From assembly GCA_040389905.1 (NCBI GenBank), contig JAZJZK010000050.1, positions 12,689 through 65,171 on the forward strand: 52,483 nt of DNA, given 5' to 3'. Source of the stretch: Gemmatimonadota bacterium (lineage in GTDB: Bacteria > Gemmatimonadota > Gemmatimonadetes > Gemmatimonadales > Gemmatimonadaceae). Under the pieces are notes generated by a model that saw only the letters and a list, made by a program, of their open reading frames with translations, ran no database searches and was not told the DNA's origin. The translations under genes and the position numbers were made by a program. Positions 25,371 through 34,001 of this stretch are shown here, piece by piece; positions within the stretch are counted from its first letter, which is position 1; each line of letters begins with the position of its first letter.

Positions 25371-26906
25371 ATGAGCGACGACCCCAAGCCCGCGAGCGGG
25401 CCCGATCTGGCCACGGGTATCTCCAGCGATACCATCCTCGAGGGACAGAGCCTCGCGGGGCGGGTCGGCGACGACGCGGTACTCCTTGCCCGCTCCGGCG
25501 GGCGCTGCTTCGCCATCGGAGCCACCTGCACACACTATGGTGGTCCGCTCGCTGAGGGCATCGTCGTCGACGGAACCGTGCGATGTCCATGGCATCACGC
25601 GGCATTTCGTCTCGACACCGGTGACGCCATCCGCGCGCCCGCGCTTGATGCGCTTCCCTGCTGGCAGGTGGAGGAGTCGAACGGTGTCGTTCGCGTGCTC
25701 GGACGCGCCGCGGAGCCCTCGACCACGCGGCCAACCACAACCGCCGCGCATCCGCGCTCTGTTGTCATCATCGGCGCTGGCGCGGCTGGAATCGCGGCAG
25801 CAATCGAGCTGCGAAAAGAGGGGTACGAGGGGAGCATCACGATGGTTGACTCTGACCCCAACGCGCCCGTCGATCGCCCGAACCTCTCCAAGGACTACCT
25901 CGCAGGGACCGCGCAGGAAGAGTGGGTCACGCTTCGGCAGCCGGAGTTCTTTCGGGAGAAGAACATCACGTTGACGCGGGCTCGCGTGATTGAGCTCGAC
26001 ACGAGCGCACGACGACTGCAACTGGAAGACGCAAGCAGCGTTGAGTACGACGCGCTGCTCATCGCCACCGGTGCCTCGCCGATTCAACTGCCGCTACCCA
26101 ACGACGCGCATCTCCCGATGTATACGCTCCGATCACTCGCGGACAGCCGCGCAATCATCCACGCCGCCGAGCGCGCGGGAAGTGGGGCTCGCGTCGCGAT
26201 ACTTGGCGCCAGCTTCATCGGGCTCGAAGTCGCGGCCTCGCTTCGCGCGCGCGGCCTCGACGTGCACGTCGTCGCGCCGGAGACTCGCCCCCTCGAGCGC
26301 GTCCTCGGCCCCGAACTCGGCGACTGGCTGCACCGGTTGCACGCCGAGCATGGCGTGGTCTTCCACTTGGGCGAGAAGCCGCGGGAGTTGGTCGCGACTG
26401 GTGTTGTGCTCGAAAGCGGCGGTCATGTGGATGCGTCGTTCGTCGTCGCCGGAGTCGGGGTGCGACCGAACGTCGAGCTGGCCGAGCGCGCCGGAATTCA
26501 CGTCGACAAGGGCGTGGTGGTGGATGCGCGGTTCCGAACGAGCGCGTCGGGAGTGTTCGCGGCGGGCGACATCGCGCGCTTTCCGGATGCGCATTCAGGT
26601 CAGGCGATTCGCGTCGAGCATTGGGTGGCGGCGGAACGACAGGGCCAGGCAGCCGCGCGGAGCATGCTCGGCTCGGACGCGCGCTTTACAGAGGTTCCGT
26701 TCTTCTGGAGCGCTCACTACGACGCGACCGTCTCCTACGTTGGCCATGCGGAGCGCTGGGACGCCATCGAGATCGACGGCTCGCTCGATCAGCGCGATTG
26801 CGCGGTACGGTACGTGGCTGGTGGAAAGACGCTCGCGGTGGCGACGCTTGGTCGGGACCGCACGAGTCTCGAGGCCGAGCTGTCCATGGACCGATCTGCG
26901 GGATGA
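25371..26906 (+). CDS. Rieske [2Fe-2S] / FAD-dependent pyridine nucleotide oxidoreductase fusion
   Basis: CTHYGGPL..CPWH Rieske ligands; GAGAAG; DRPNLSKDYL; GASFIGLE; FAAGDIA; RVEHW; VPFFWS. Confidence 0.93.
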   Translation: MSDDPKPASGPDLATGISSDTILEGQSLAGRVGDDAVLLARSGGRCFAIGATCTHYGGPLAEGIVVDGTVRCPWHHAAFRLDTGDAIRAPALDALPCWQVEESNGVVRVLGRAAEPSTTRPTTTAAHPRSVVIIGAGAAGIAAAIELRKEGYEGSITMVDSDPNAPVDRPNLSKDYLAGTAQEEWVTLRQPEFFREKNITLTRARVIELDTSARRLQLEDASSVEYDALLIATGASPIQLPLPNDAHLPMYTLRSLADSRAIIHAAERAGSGARVAILGASFIGLEVAASLRARGLDVHVVAPETRPLERVLGPELGDWLHRLHAEHGVVFHLGEKPRELVATGVVLESGGHVDASFVVAGVGVRPNVELAERAGIHVDKGVVVDARFRTSASGVFAAGDIARFPDAHSGQAIRVEHWVAAERQGQAAARSMLGSDARFTEVPFFWSAHYDATVSYVGHAERWDAIEIDGSLDQRDCAVRYVAGGKTLAVATLGRDRTSLEAELSMDRSAG

Positions 26907-26927
26907 TTGAAGCGGCGCAAACGTGTG

Positions 26928-27347
26928 TCACACGCGCTGCGTCTTCCGCGGTCGTCCACCCTTGGCGCCATTCGCCTTTGCAGCGAGTTGTTTGGCGTCG
27001 GACTTCGACGCGCCCCCCCTCTTGCCGTTGGCCGCGGCAGTCATCGCCTGGACGAGCCCGCGGACGCTGTAGTCGGCATCGAGCGCCGGCACGCGCACGG
27101 TGATGCCGTCGGCGCCAAGTTCCACCGTGGCGAGTTGCGCCCCCGTCGCGCCCGCGAGGTGCGGCAGCGCAGACCGGGGGACGCCGACGACGTATCCGTT
27201 CGCGAGGGTCAGCACGAGCCTGTGGCCGGCGCGATCGTATCGGACGGCGGTGGCCCAGAGGCCCTCGGCCCGCTCGTAGAGAGCGCGCACTTCGGCTTGG
27301 TCGATCTGCCGCTCGAGTTCCGCGTCACTGAGTCGCTTAGTCGTCAT
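26928..27347 (-). CDS. DUF2442 family protein (putative antitoxin)
   Basis: AVRYD..LVLTLANG..LAGATGAQLATVEL..LDADYSVRGL..GGASKSDAK..AKANGAKGGRPRK. Confidence 0.8.
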   Translation of the reverse strand: MTTKRLSDAELERQIDQAEVRALYERAEGLWATAVRYDRAGHRLVLTLANGYVVGVPRSALPHLAGATGAQLATVELGADGITVRVPALDADYSVRGLVQAMTAAANGKRGGASKSDAKQLAAKANGAKGGRPRKTQRV

Positions 27348-27489
27348 GGTAGTGTGACCATCCAGCGAGAAGGGTGTCGCGGTGCGCTTCGACGAGCCGC
27401 ACCGCCGTCCGGGTATCGATCGCGCTATCGAGCGCTTTGGCGATCGAGCGAACGGTGGCGAGCCGGGAGTCGGACGTGAGCGGGTTCAT
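27337..27489 (-). pseudogene. 50-codon chimera: DUF4112 N-terminus fused to a DUF4160-like C-terminus
   Basis: Manual translation MNPLTSDSRLATVRSIAKALDSAI-DTRTAVRLVEAHRDTLLAGWSHYHDD; stop overlaps the DUF2442 start region. Confidence 0.65.
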
Positions 27490-27596
27490 GCTATCCGGCA
27501 CAGCACGGAGCGTTCCGCGCGCCAGCGTTGAATGCAGTGACTGGCGCGACTACTTCCCGTCAGTCTGATCCTTCAATCTCATCGCGCTGTCCCCCG

Positions 27597-28892
27597 TCAC
27601 GGCGGGTCGCCGTACATCCGCCGCCTCTTTCCCCAAACCATCACTTCGGCGAGACTGAGGACTTCCTGGTTCCGGTACTGGACGACATAGACGAATCGTC
27701 CGTCGACGTCGGCATACAGATTGGTGCCCGCTACGTCGAAGTTCTGGTGCGTCGGCACCCCGACCTTTGCGTACGCCTCGAAGGTCTGCGACATGCTCGG
27801 CCACCCTTCTGTCCGCGTCACGTACACACGCGTGGGGGCAAGGCGAGTGTTGCAGCAATCCGTCCTATTGTAGACGACGATGCTGTCGATCGCAAAGTTG
27901 TCGCCGAGGTCCACCATCCACCACTCTTGCCTTCCGGCGCCGGTGTGCGTGACCGATCCACGGAAGAAGTCGCCATCGATATTGCCGTCCACGGCGCGGT
28001 CGGCCGACCCCCCATAATCAGTGCTCGATTGGACGGCTCGCTTGCCTTGTGAGAGGTTCATCGACAGACGTCGCGGAGGCTCGGGCGGCGTCGGAGTGAT
28101 GTCCGGCGGAGGCGTGGGCGTTGGCGCCACCTGCCTGGTACTCGGCGTCCCCATCACCTCCACTTCGGCGAGGCTCAGATGGGTCGCCAAACCCATCAGG
28201 TAGACGTACACATACCGACCGTGAACGACCGCATGCGATGCAACGTCGACCTTCTTCTGCTGCGGAATGATACCGATGTATGACCGGTACGCGATGGTGC
28301 TCAATGGCGCCGGCCACACTTCATGTGACGTCACGACGACAGACACGTTCAAACGTTCCGAACAACAGTCCGTGCGATTGTGCAGGATGATGCTCTCGAT
28401 CAGGTACTCACCGCCGAGGTCAACCATCCACCAAGCGCCCTTCTCGTTTGCCGTGTGCGTCACCGAGCCGTTGTTGAATACGCCGTCCGTACGGCCATCC
28501 ACGGCGCGCGAGGCGTCCCCACCAAACTCCGTGCTGGATTGCACGGCTCGCTTTCCGAGCGCGACGTTCTGCGCCGCTGTTGCCACACCCGGCTCGTTTG
28601 TCAGATAGGTGCAATGCTTTTGAACGCCTGGTGCCGGGTCGCCAAAAACGGCATTGCTGCAACTGACGGAGTCGGTGGCGATACTGCCTGCGTAGCTGGT
28701 CTCGATGCCATAGCGCACCCGCCGAGTTCCGGGGATCCGGCAGATGCTGCCCTCCGTAGCGCACTGTACCCACACCGGTGTCCAGCCCTGCTGCGCCGCA
28801 TTGGATGGTGGAACAGCTACCGCGTCGGTCGCAGTGAGCGCGAGCATGGTCAGCGAGAATGCGACCTTCGACACTACGCGCTGTGCGGCCAT
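27597..28892 (-). CDS. Secreted protein with two F-type lectin (fucolectin/discoidin) domains and a Cys-rich N-terminal module
   Basis: Two copies of GKRAVQSS..RAVDG..SVTHT..WWMVDLG..NRTDCCxxRL..LSLAEV; N-terminal CSNAVFGDPAPGVQKHC; AGGAG RBS. Confidence 0.88.
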   Translation of the reverse strand: MAAQRVVSKVAFSLTMLALTATDAVAVPPSNAAQQGWTPVWVQCATEGSICRIPGTRRVRYGIETSYAGSIATDSVSCSNAVFGDPAPGVQKHCTYLTNEPGVATAAQNVALGKRAVQSSTEFGGDASRAVDGRTDGVFNNGSVTHTANEKGAWWMVDLGGEYLIESIILHNRTDCCSERLNVSVVVTSHEVWPAPLSTIAYRSYIGIIPQQKKVDVASHAVVHGRYVYVYLMGLATHLSLAEVEVMGTPSTRQVAPTPTPPPDITPTPPEPPRRLSMNLSQGKRAVQSSTDYGGSADRAVDGNIDGDFFRGSVTHTGAGRQEWWMVDLGDNFAIDSIVVYNRTDCCNTRLAPTRVYVTRTEGWPSMSQTFEAYAKVGVPTHQNFDVAGTNLYADVDGRFVYVVQYRNQEVLSLAEVMVWGKRRRMYGDPP

Positions 28893-28976
28893 CGTCGGCT
28901 CCTGATTGTAGAGTACGCCTGCTGCAATAGCATACACAGCCGTAGTTCGCAAGTTCCCGGCGCTGCTCGCGTGGCG

Positions 28977-29555
28977 TCAACCGCGGCTACGCGAGGCGAC
29001 CAGCGCCGCGGCGCGGTCTTGCCACTTTTTCGTCTGACAGGATTTGAGCAGCGCGTCCCACGTGTCCGGCGGGTCTCCCTTGTCGAGCATCCCAGCGAAG
29101 ACGCGGTAGGCGTCCGTCGGACTCCCGTACGTTCGCAGCGTTTGGTCGTCATTCACCCACGCGTACACGATGATCTTCGCGGATGAGTGAAACCGAAAAA
29201 AGAGCCGGAATCTGCCGGCCTCGAACTTCGCGCGAAACCAATGAGCGCGTGTGCTGCCAAGCGTGGAGCCCTGGCGATACTCTGCACGATTCGGATTGTC
29301 GGGGATTTCCTCGAACATTAGTTGGTGGAGCGAACGCAGGACCTTGGCATTCGACGTGGCCGGCGTCCCACGCTGCCTCCCAGCATCTGCGATGCGGCGC
29401 TTGTTGTCGAGTTCCGCGGCGGTTGTCAAACGCTCGAGCTGATCCAGCAGGTGCTCATGAAAGAACAGCGTCCACCCCTTTACAGTGATCGGCGGGGCGC
29501 CGGAGCTCGGATCGGACTTATTCTCCTTCGCTGGCTTCCGCGAGCGCTCTGGCAT
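28977..29555 (-). CDS. yhaV: YhaV-family RNase toxin
   Basis: GWTLFFH, EYRQGSTLG..HWFRAKF..RFRLFFRFHS..IIVYAWVND..TLRTYGS.TDAY.VF..ML..GDPP..W. Confidence 0.9.
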   Translation of the reverse strand: MPERSRKPAKENKSDPSSGAPPITVKGWTLFFHEHLLDQLERLTTAAELDNKRRIADAGRQRGTPATSNAKVLRSLHQLMFEEIPDNPNRAEYRQGSTLGSTRAHWFRAKFEAGRFRLFFRFHSSAKIIVYAWVNDDQTLRTYGSPTDAYRVFAGMLDKGDPPDTWDALLKSCQTKKWQDRAAALVASRSRG

Positions 29556-29569
29556 CAGCCGACGTCTCG

Positions 29570-29923
29570 CTAGAGCGCGACGGGGCCAGTGATCGGTTCG
29601 TCATGATCTACCCGCGACCCTCCCGCGAAAGATCGGATGCGCGCGAGGAGCTCTCTCGGAATGCCACGCACGCGGTCGGCATTCTCGGTCATGTCAGCCG
29701 CAAGCAGATTGAGAAATGCGCCGAGCACTGGGTCGTCGGCGTCGTCCTGCACCGCCTTGCGAATGACGGCGTGATCGCCTTCGATGACGTACTCGAGCTC
29801 ATCGCCGGGAGCCACCTGTAGCGCCTTTCTGACCCCGCTCGGCAGTGTTGTCTGCGACTTCGTCGTGAGCTTGCTGCGGAGCCGAGAAGCTTTCGTCGAA
29901 GGATGTCCGAAGTTGGTCGCCAT
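29570..29923 (-). CDS. prlF: PrlF (SohA)-family antitoxin
   Basis: AbrB-like SKLTTKSQTTLPSGVRKAL; DDPVLGAFLNLLAADM; directly upstream of yhaV; GGAGG RBS before ATG 29923. Confidence 0.88.
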   Translation of the reverse strand: MATNFGHPSTKASRLRSKLTTKSQTTLPSGVRKALQVAPGDELEYVIEGDHAVIRKAVQDDADDPVLGAFLNLLAADMTENADRVRGIPRELLARIRSFAGGSRVDHDEPITGPVAL

Positions 29924-29958
29924 AGGAGCCTCCATCGAGAATGCGTTTGTCTTACAGA

Positions 29959-29980
29959 AGGTAAGGCAAATGCATTACCT
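29959..29980. promoter_or_regulatory. Putative PrlF operator palindrome
   Basis: AGGTAAGGCA-AA-TGCATTACCT, 9 of 10 positions symmetric, ~36 nt upstream of the antitoxin start. Confidence 0.55.
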
Positions 29981-30056
29981 CAGGCAAGTGCGGATTGCTC
30001 AGCCGCCAAGTTCGTTGACTCAGCGGAGGGCGCCCGGATGCGACTCCGGATTCACG

Positions 30057-30330
30057 CTAAGCGGCCGGCCACTGATAGAGAAACTTCTGAAATCCGGCAA
30101 ACACTCTACCGATGTCGTCAGGTCTGCCGAGGTCCTTCAGGGCGTCCGCAATCGAGTTCTGATACTTGAGACGCAGCAGCGGTGTGAGCTTCTCCTGATC
30201 CAGTTCCTGCACACCCTCCCTCACGTAGTGTGATAGCACGAAGTCCAGAAAGACCTGTTGCTTGCTGTTGAACTGGGTGCTGATCAACAGGCTGGCCTTT
30301 GACGCGCGGTTCTCGCGGACGGCCGTGACC
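30057..30330 (-). pseudogene. C-terminal fragment of a type I restriction R subunit (EcoEI_R_C-like)
   Basis: RENRASKA..KQQVFLDFVLSHYVREGVQELDQEKLTPLLRLKY..FAGFQKFLY; in-frame stop just upstream; rest of gene absent. Confidence 0.78.
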
Positions 30331-30650
30331 TATCCCCGTCGGTCAAGCAGCGCATCCGGAAGCATTTCACCGACCGGCCTGAGCTTCGGGTGCGCAGTTT
30401 CATCTCCATCCCGTTGGCGCCACCGCCGGGGGACGGCGACCCAATCGCCGTGCTGAACGTGCATCGCAGTCGTCCCGGCATGCTTCGGGATACCAACCCG
30501 GAGCAGCACTTTACCCCTGTCGTCAGTCCACTGCTCCGAATTCTCACCCGCGTCTTGATCGAGCTGCTGCGGCTCGAGGACACCCTAAGTGGCGGGCCCA
30601 CACCGGCCGGTGCCGAGACGGAGGACCTTCCGGGTGGGGCGGCTACCTGA
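30327..30650 (+). pseudogene. C-terminal fragment of a GAF-like protein
   Basis: RSFISIPL..PIAVLNVH strand pattern; no credible 5' end. Confidence 0.4.
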
Positions 30651-30871
30651 CACTGGCCGTGAGGCTTCATCAATGACGTACGAGGCTCCCGCCGTTCCGT
30701 CCGCAGCCGGTCTCCACCTAGCGTCCGACAACGAGCGAGCAGATGAGGGCACATGTCGCTCGTAAGTTGTCACCCCTATTCGACTTCGGGGTATTTGAAC
30801 AGGACCCTCAGTCTCGACCGTGGTGTCAATTGTTGCACGGTCCCGTGCTGTATCCAAGTCATCTGACGCTG

Positions 30872-30899
30872 TTGACAGGCCGTACGGGGTGCCTAACTT
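30872..30899 (+). promoter_or_regulatory. Putative sigma70 promoter
   Basis: TTGACA-N16-TAACTT. Confidence 0.45.
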
Positions 30900-30953
30900 G
30901 CCCCCATTAGCGTTCGCTGCGCCTACGCTGAGTCTTTTCTCAGGAGAAGCACT

Positions 30954-31160
30954 GTGTCGCACACCCCGCGCACCATCGCGAACTTCCGAAAGGCCGAGAG
31001 CCGTGCATTGGAGACGTTCCGCCGCGTACGCGAGCAGGGACCGTCCTCCATGGTTGTTCGTAACAAGACAGACGCGCGCCAAGTCGATCCGCATCGCCAG
31101 CCCGGTCGTTCCGACGTTTCGAATGGTGGCGATTCCAGCGTGGTGCGGGGCAAGCGCTAG
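30954..31160 (+). CDS. Hypothetical 68-aa basic protein
   Basis: AGGAG 7 nt before GTG and an upstream promoter-like motif; no family recognised. Confidence 0.4.
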   Translation: MSHTPRTIANFRKAESRALETFRRVREQGPSSMVVRNKTDARQVDPHRQPGRSDVSNGGDSSVVRGKR

Positions 31161-31234
31161 CGCCAACCCGGATCGAGCGGCGTCTTCACCTTCACCGATC
31201 ACGAGCGCGCTGACGTTCGGCGGGGCCTGATAGG

Positions 31235-32077
31235 TCACCCCAACGTCACGTCCGCCGTCATACGGCGCCCTCCATCCGGCCCACCTGCGCACAGCGTTGC
31301 CCCGCTCGGCGTCGGCGTCATGGACAGCACTGCCTCTTCGCCCGCGAATAAGGGACGGTACGCGCGGAACCGAAACCCCGCGACCGGTCGGCCCGTGTGA
31401 TGGCGCTGAAACAGGTCGAGCAGCAGCGTCGCAAGCAGTGGCCCGTGAACCACGAGACTTGGATACCCCTCGACTGCCGTTGCGTACGGTACGTCATAGT
31501 GTATTCGGTGGCTGTTGTACGTGAGCGCAGAAAAGCGGAACAAGAGCACTGCGTCCGGCCGCACGACGCGCTCCATCTCCGAGCGCTCGCACTCCTCGTG
31601 AGAGGATGACGCCACTGGCGCTCCGGCGACTGGTTTCTCCTGGTACACGAGGTCCTGCGCCTCCCGGATCGCGACGCCGTTCGCGGTGGAGATTTCGTGA
31701 TCGATCCTCACGAAGACCAACGGACCGGCCCTTCCCTGCTTCTGCGTGATCTCGGAGATGGTGGATCGCCGCTCCATCATCTCCCCAACGCGAATGGGCT
31801 TCAGGAACTCGATCGCGCTGCCGGCCCACATGCGCCGAGGAAGATCGATGGGCGGGAGAAAGTCTCCGCGTCGCGCGTGCCCGTCGGGACCAAGCGTGGA
31901 CTGCGACGCACGCTCCGCGAAATGCAGCCAATGGCCGAGCGGAGGAAGGGTGTCGTCGGGCCACGGTGGGTTGACGTGATCGAGCAGTGCCGCCAGCCGC
32001 TGGATGGCCGAGCCCGACACGACATCGCGCGCGCTCTTTTCTCTGCCGACCCAGTCGTGGAATGACGGATCGCTCAC
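31235..32077 (-). CDS. MaoC/HTD2-type hydratase (itaconyl-CoA or mesaconyl-C4-CoA hydratase-like)
   Basis: LPPLGHW, DGHARRGDFLPP..PRRMWAG, LFRFSALTYNSHRIHYD..Y..VEGYPSLVVHGPL. Confidence 0.9.
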   Translation of the reverse strand: MSDPSFHDWVGREKSARDVVSGSAIQRLAALLDHVNPPWPDDTLPPLGHWLHFAERASQSTLGPDGHARRGDFLPPIDLPRRMWAGSAIEFLKPIRVGEMMERRSTISEITQKQGRAGPLVFVRIDHEISTANGVAIREAQDLVYQEKPVAGAPVASSSHEECERSEMERVVRPDAVLLFRFSALTYNSHRIHYDVPYATAVEGYPSLVVHGPLLATLLLDLFQRHHTGRPVAGFRFRAYRPLFAGEEAVLSMTPTPSGATLCAGGPDGGRRMTADVTLG

Positions 32078-33231
32078 GCGAACTCCGCGCGGATTGCCGC
32101 GCCGTGTTCATCCAGCGCGGGCACGATGGCTTCCGTCGTCGGCGTGCTCGTGTCTCGCACGGGAGGGGCAACCGCGAGAATGTCACCCGACGCGCTCTTC
32201 AGGGTGCGGCGGCGCAACTGCGGATGGCTGGAAAGATCCGCCACGGAGTTGACCCTGCCGAATGCTGTACGCGCGACAGTCAGGCGACGGATAGTCTCGC
32301 CGGTCGCCAACTCGCGAAAGACGTCGCCGACCGCCGCATCGAGGTCGGTCCTGTTGCGCACGCGGTCGCTGTTCGTGCGGAAGCGCTCGTCCTTCGCGAG
32401 CTCCGGTCGTTCGAGCACGCCATCGCAGAACTGTGTCCACTCGCGGTCATTCTGAATGGCAATGACGAGCTGCGTTCCGTCGCCGGTTTCATAAGCGCCA
32501 TACGGCGCAATTGACGGATGACTCAGTCCAACGCGCGCTGGTGCGGCACCGCCGTACTCGTAGTGGAGCAAAGGCACGGTCATCCAATCGGCAAGGGCGT
32601 CGAACAGCGACACGGCTATTCCGGCCCCGAGGCCGGTGCGCGCTCGCCTGAGGAGCGCTTCGAGAATTGCCGAGTACGCGTTGAGACCGCAGGCGATGTC
32701 TGCCACCGAAACGCCGACCCGACCGGGTCCGCCGGCATCGCCGGTGATGGACGCCAGGCCGCTCTCGCATTGAATGAGGAGGTCGTACGCCTTCAAGTCG
32801 CGATAGGGCCCGCTCTCTCCGTAGCCGCTGATGTCGCAGGTGATGAGTCTCGGATGCTCCGCGCGCAGCGCGCCGGAATCGAAGCCCGCGCGCGCTGCGG
32901 CGCCCGGCGCCAGGTTCTGGACGAAGACATCAGCACGCGCGACGAGCCGCCGGAGGAGCGCGGCATTGGACGGAACACTGAAGTCCAGCACCAGTGACTC
33001 CTTTCCGGCGTTGAGCCAGACGAAGTACGCGCTTTCGCCATGCACGACATCATCGTACGCCCGAGCGAAGTCTCCTCCCGGGCGCTCGACCTTGATCACT
33101 CGTGCTCCGGCCTCCGCGAGGCGGCGGGTGCACAGTGGCGCGGCCACTGCCTGTTCGATGGCGACGACAAGTATGCCTTCGAGCGGGGCGGGAACAGCAG
33201 ATCCTTCGCTCTCGCTCAGGATGACAACCAT
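32074..33231 (-). CDS. Family III (CaiB/BaiF) CoA-transferase, itaconate CoA-transferase-like
   Basis: PLEGILVVAIEQAVAAP, GARVIKVERP.GDFAR, KAYDLLIQCESG, ADIACG; ATG overlaps the upstream TGA. Confidence 0.9.
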   Translation of the reverse strand: MVVILSESEGSAVPAPLEGILVVAIEQAVAAPLCTRRLAEAGARVIKVERPGGDFARAYDDVVHGESAYFVWLNAGKESLVLDFSVPSNAALLRRLVARADVFVQNLAPGAAARAGFDSGALRAEHPRLITCDISGYGESGPYRDLKAYDLLIQCESGLASITGDAGGPGRVGVSVADIACGLNAYSAILEALLRRARTGLGAGIAVSLFDALADWMTVPLLHYEYGGAAPARVGLSHPSIAPYGAYETGDGTQLVIAIQNDREWTQFCDGVLERPELAKDERFRTNSDRVRNRTDLDAAVGDVFRELATGETIRRLTVARTAFGRVNSVADLSSHPQLRRRTLKSASGDILAVAPPVRDTSTPTTEAIVPALDEHGAAIRAEFA

Positions 33232-33491
33232 CAGAACGACTTCGGAAGGCCCAGCACGTTCGTCGCCACGTGCGACAGGATCGAATTGGTCGAGATTGGT
33301 GCGATCTGACAGAGAGGCGTTTCCCGGAATTTTCGCTCGATGTCGTCCTCCTCGGCAAAAGGGAACCCGCCGTGCGTCTGCATGCACGTGTCGGCAGCAA
33401 ACCATGATACCTCCGACGCGAGCAGCTTCGCCATCTTCGCTTCCGTGCCGCCTCGAGGTAGCGGTGCGCCAGGCGATTGAACGAAAGCCAA
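33231..33491 (-). pseudogene. Decayed duplicate of the 3' end of the acyl-CoA dehydrogenase at 40587-41747
   Basis: MAKLLASEVSWFAADTCMQTHGGFPFAEEDDIERKFRETPLCQIAPISTNSILSHVATNVLGLPKSF aligns with the intact copy with several substitutions. Confidence 0.9.
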
Positions 33492-33564
33492 TGCCGCGAA
33501 AGTCCGCGAAGCTTTCTTGATTGCCCGCCGCAGGGTCCGCGGTAGATTCGTCCACGGGGGTTCT

Positions 33565-33930
33565 GTGCCGACCTCGTCCGCGACCAGCTACAGACATCGC
33601 TCGGCGCCACCTACACCATCGACCGCGAGTTGGGCGGCGGCATGTCGCGGGTGTTCCTCGCGGAAGAGACGCGCTTTCACCGCCGCGTTGTCATCAAGCT
33701 GCTCCTTCCGAGCTCGCGGCGGGACTCTCGGCCGAGCGGTTCGAGCGGGAGATGGCACTCGCCGCCGGCCCGCAGGAGCCGCACATCGTGCCCGTGCTCG
33801 CGGCGAGCGAGGCCGACGCGGGCTGCCGTGGTACACGATGCCCTATGTGGAAGGGGAGAGCCTCCGCAAGCGCATCGAGCGATGCCCCATGCTGACGCTG
33901 GAGGCTGTCTCGATACTGCGGGATGCGACA
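33565..33930 (+). pseudogene. Frameshifted N-terminal fragment of a Ser/Thr protein kinase
   Basis: Across three frames: YTIDRELGGGMSRVFLAEE..VVIKLL / ELAAGLSAERFERE..PHIVPVL / LPWYTMPYVEGESLR. Confidence 0.85.
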
Positions 33931-34001
33931 GGCGGGCATACGCTCACCGGGCTATCTGCTCCGCAAGTTTCTCTGCCGAGGCGCACATAAACCGGCGGTC
34001 C

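Noticed and set aside
30585..31238. Citramalyl-CoA lyase remnant after the hydratase
   Set aside because: A GTGA-coupled frame exists but shows no convincing CitE/HpcH motifs.
33232..33597. N-terminal extension of the CoA-transferase
   Set aside because: Out-of-frame read through the ACAD remnant; the same applies to the over-long ORF calls for ACAD and both decarboxylase subunits.
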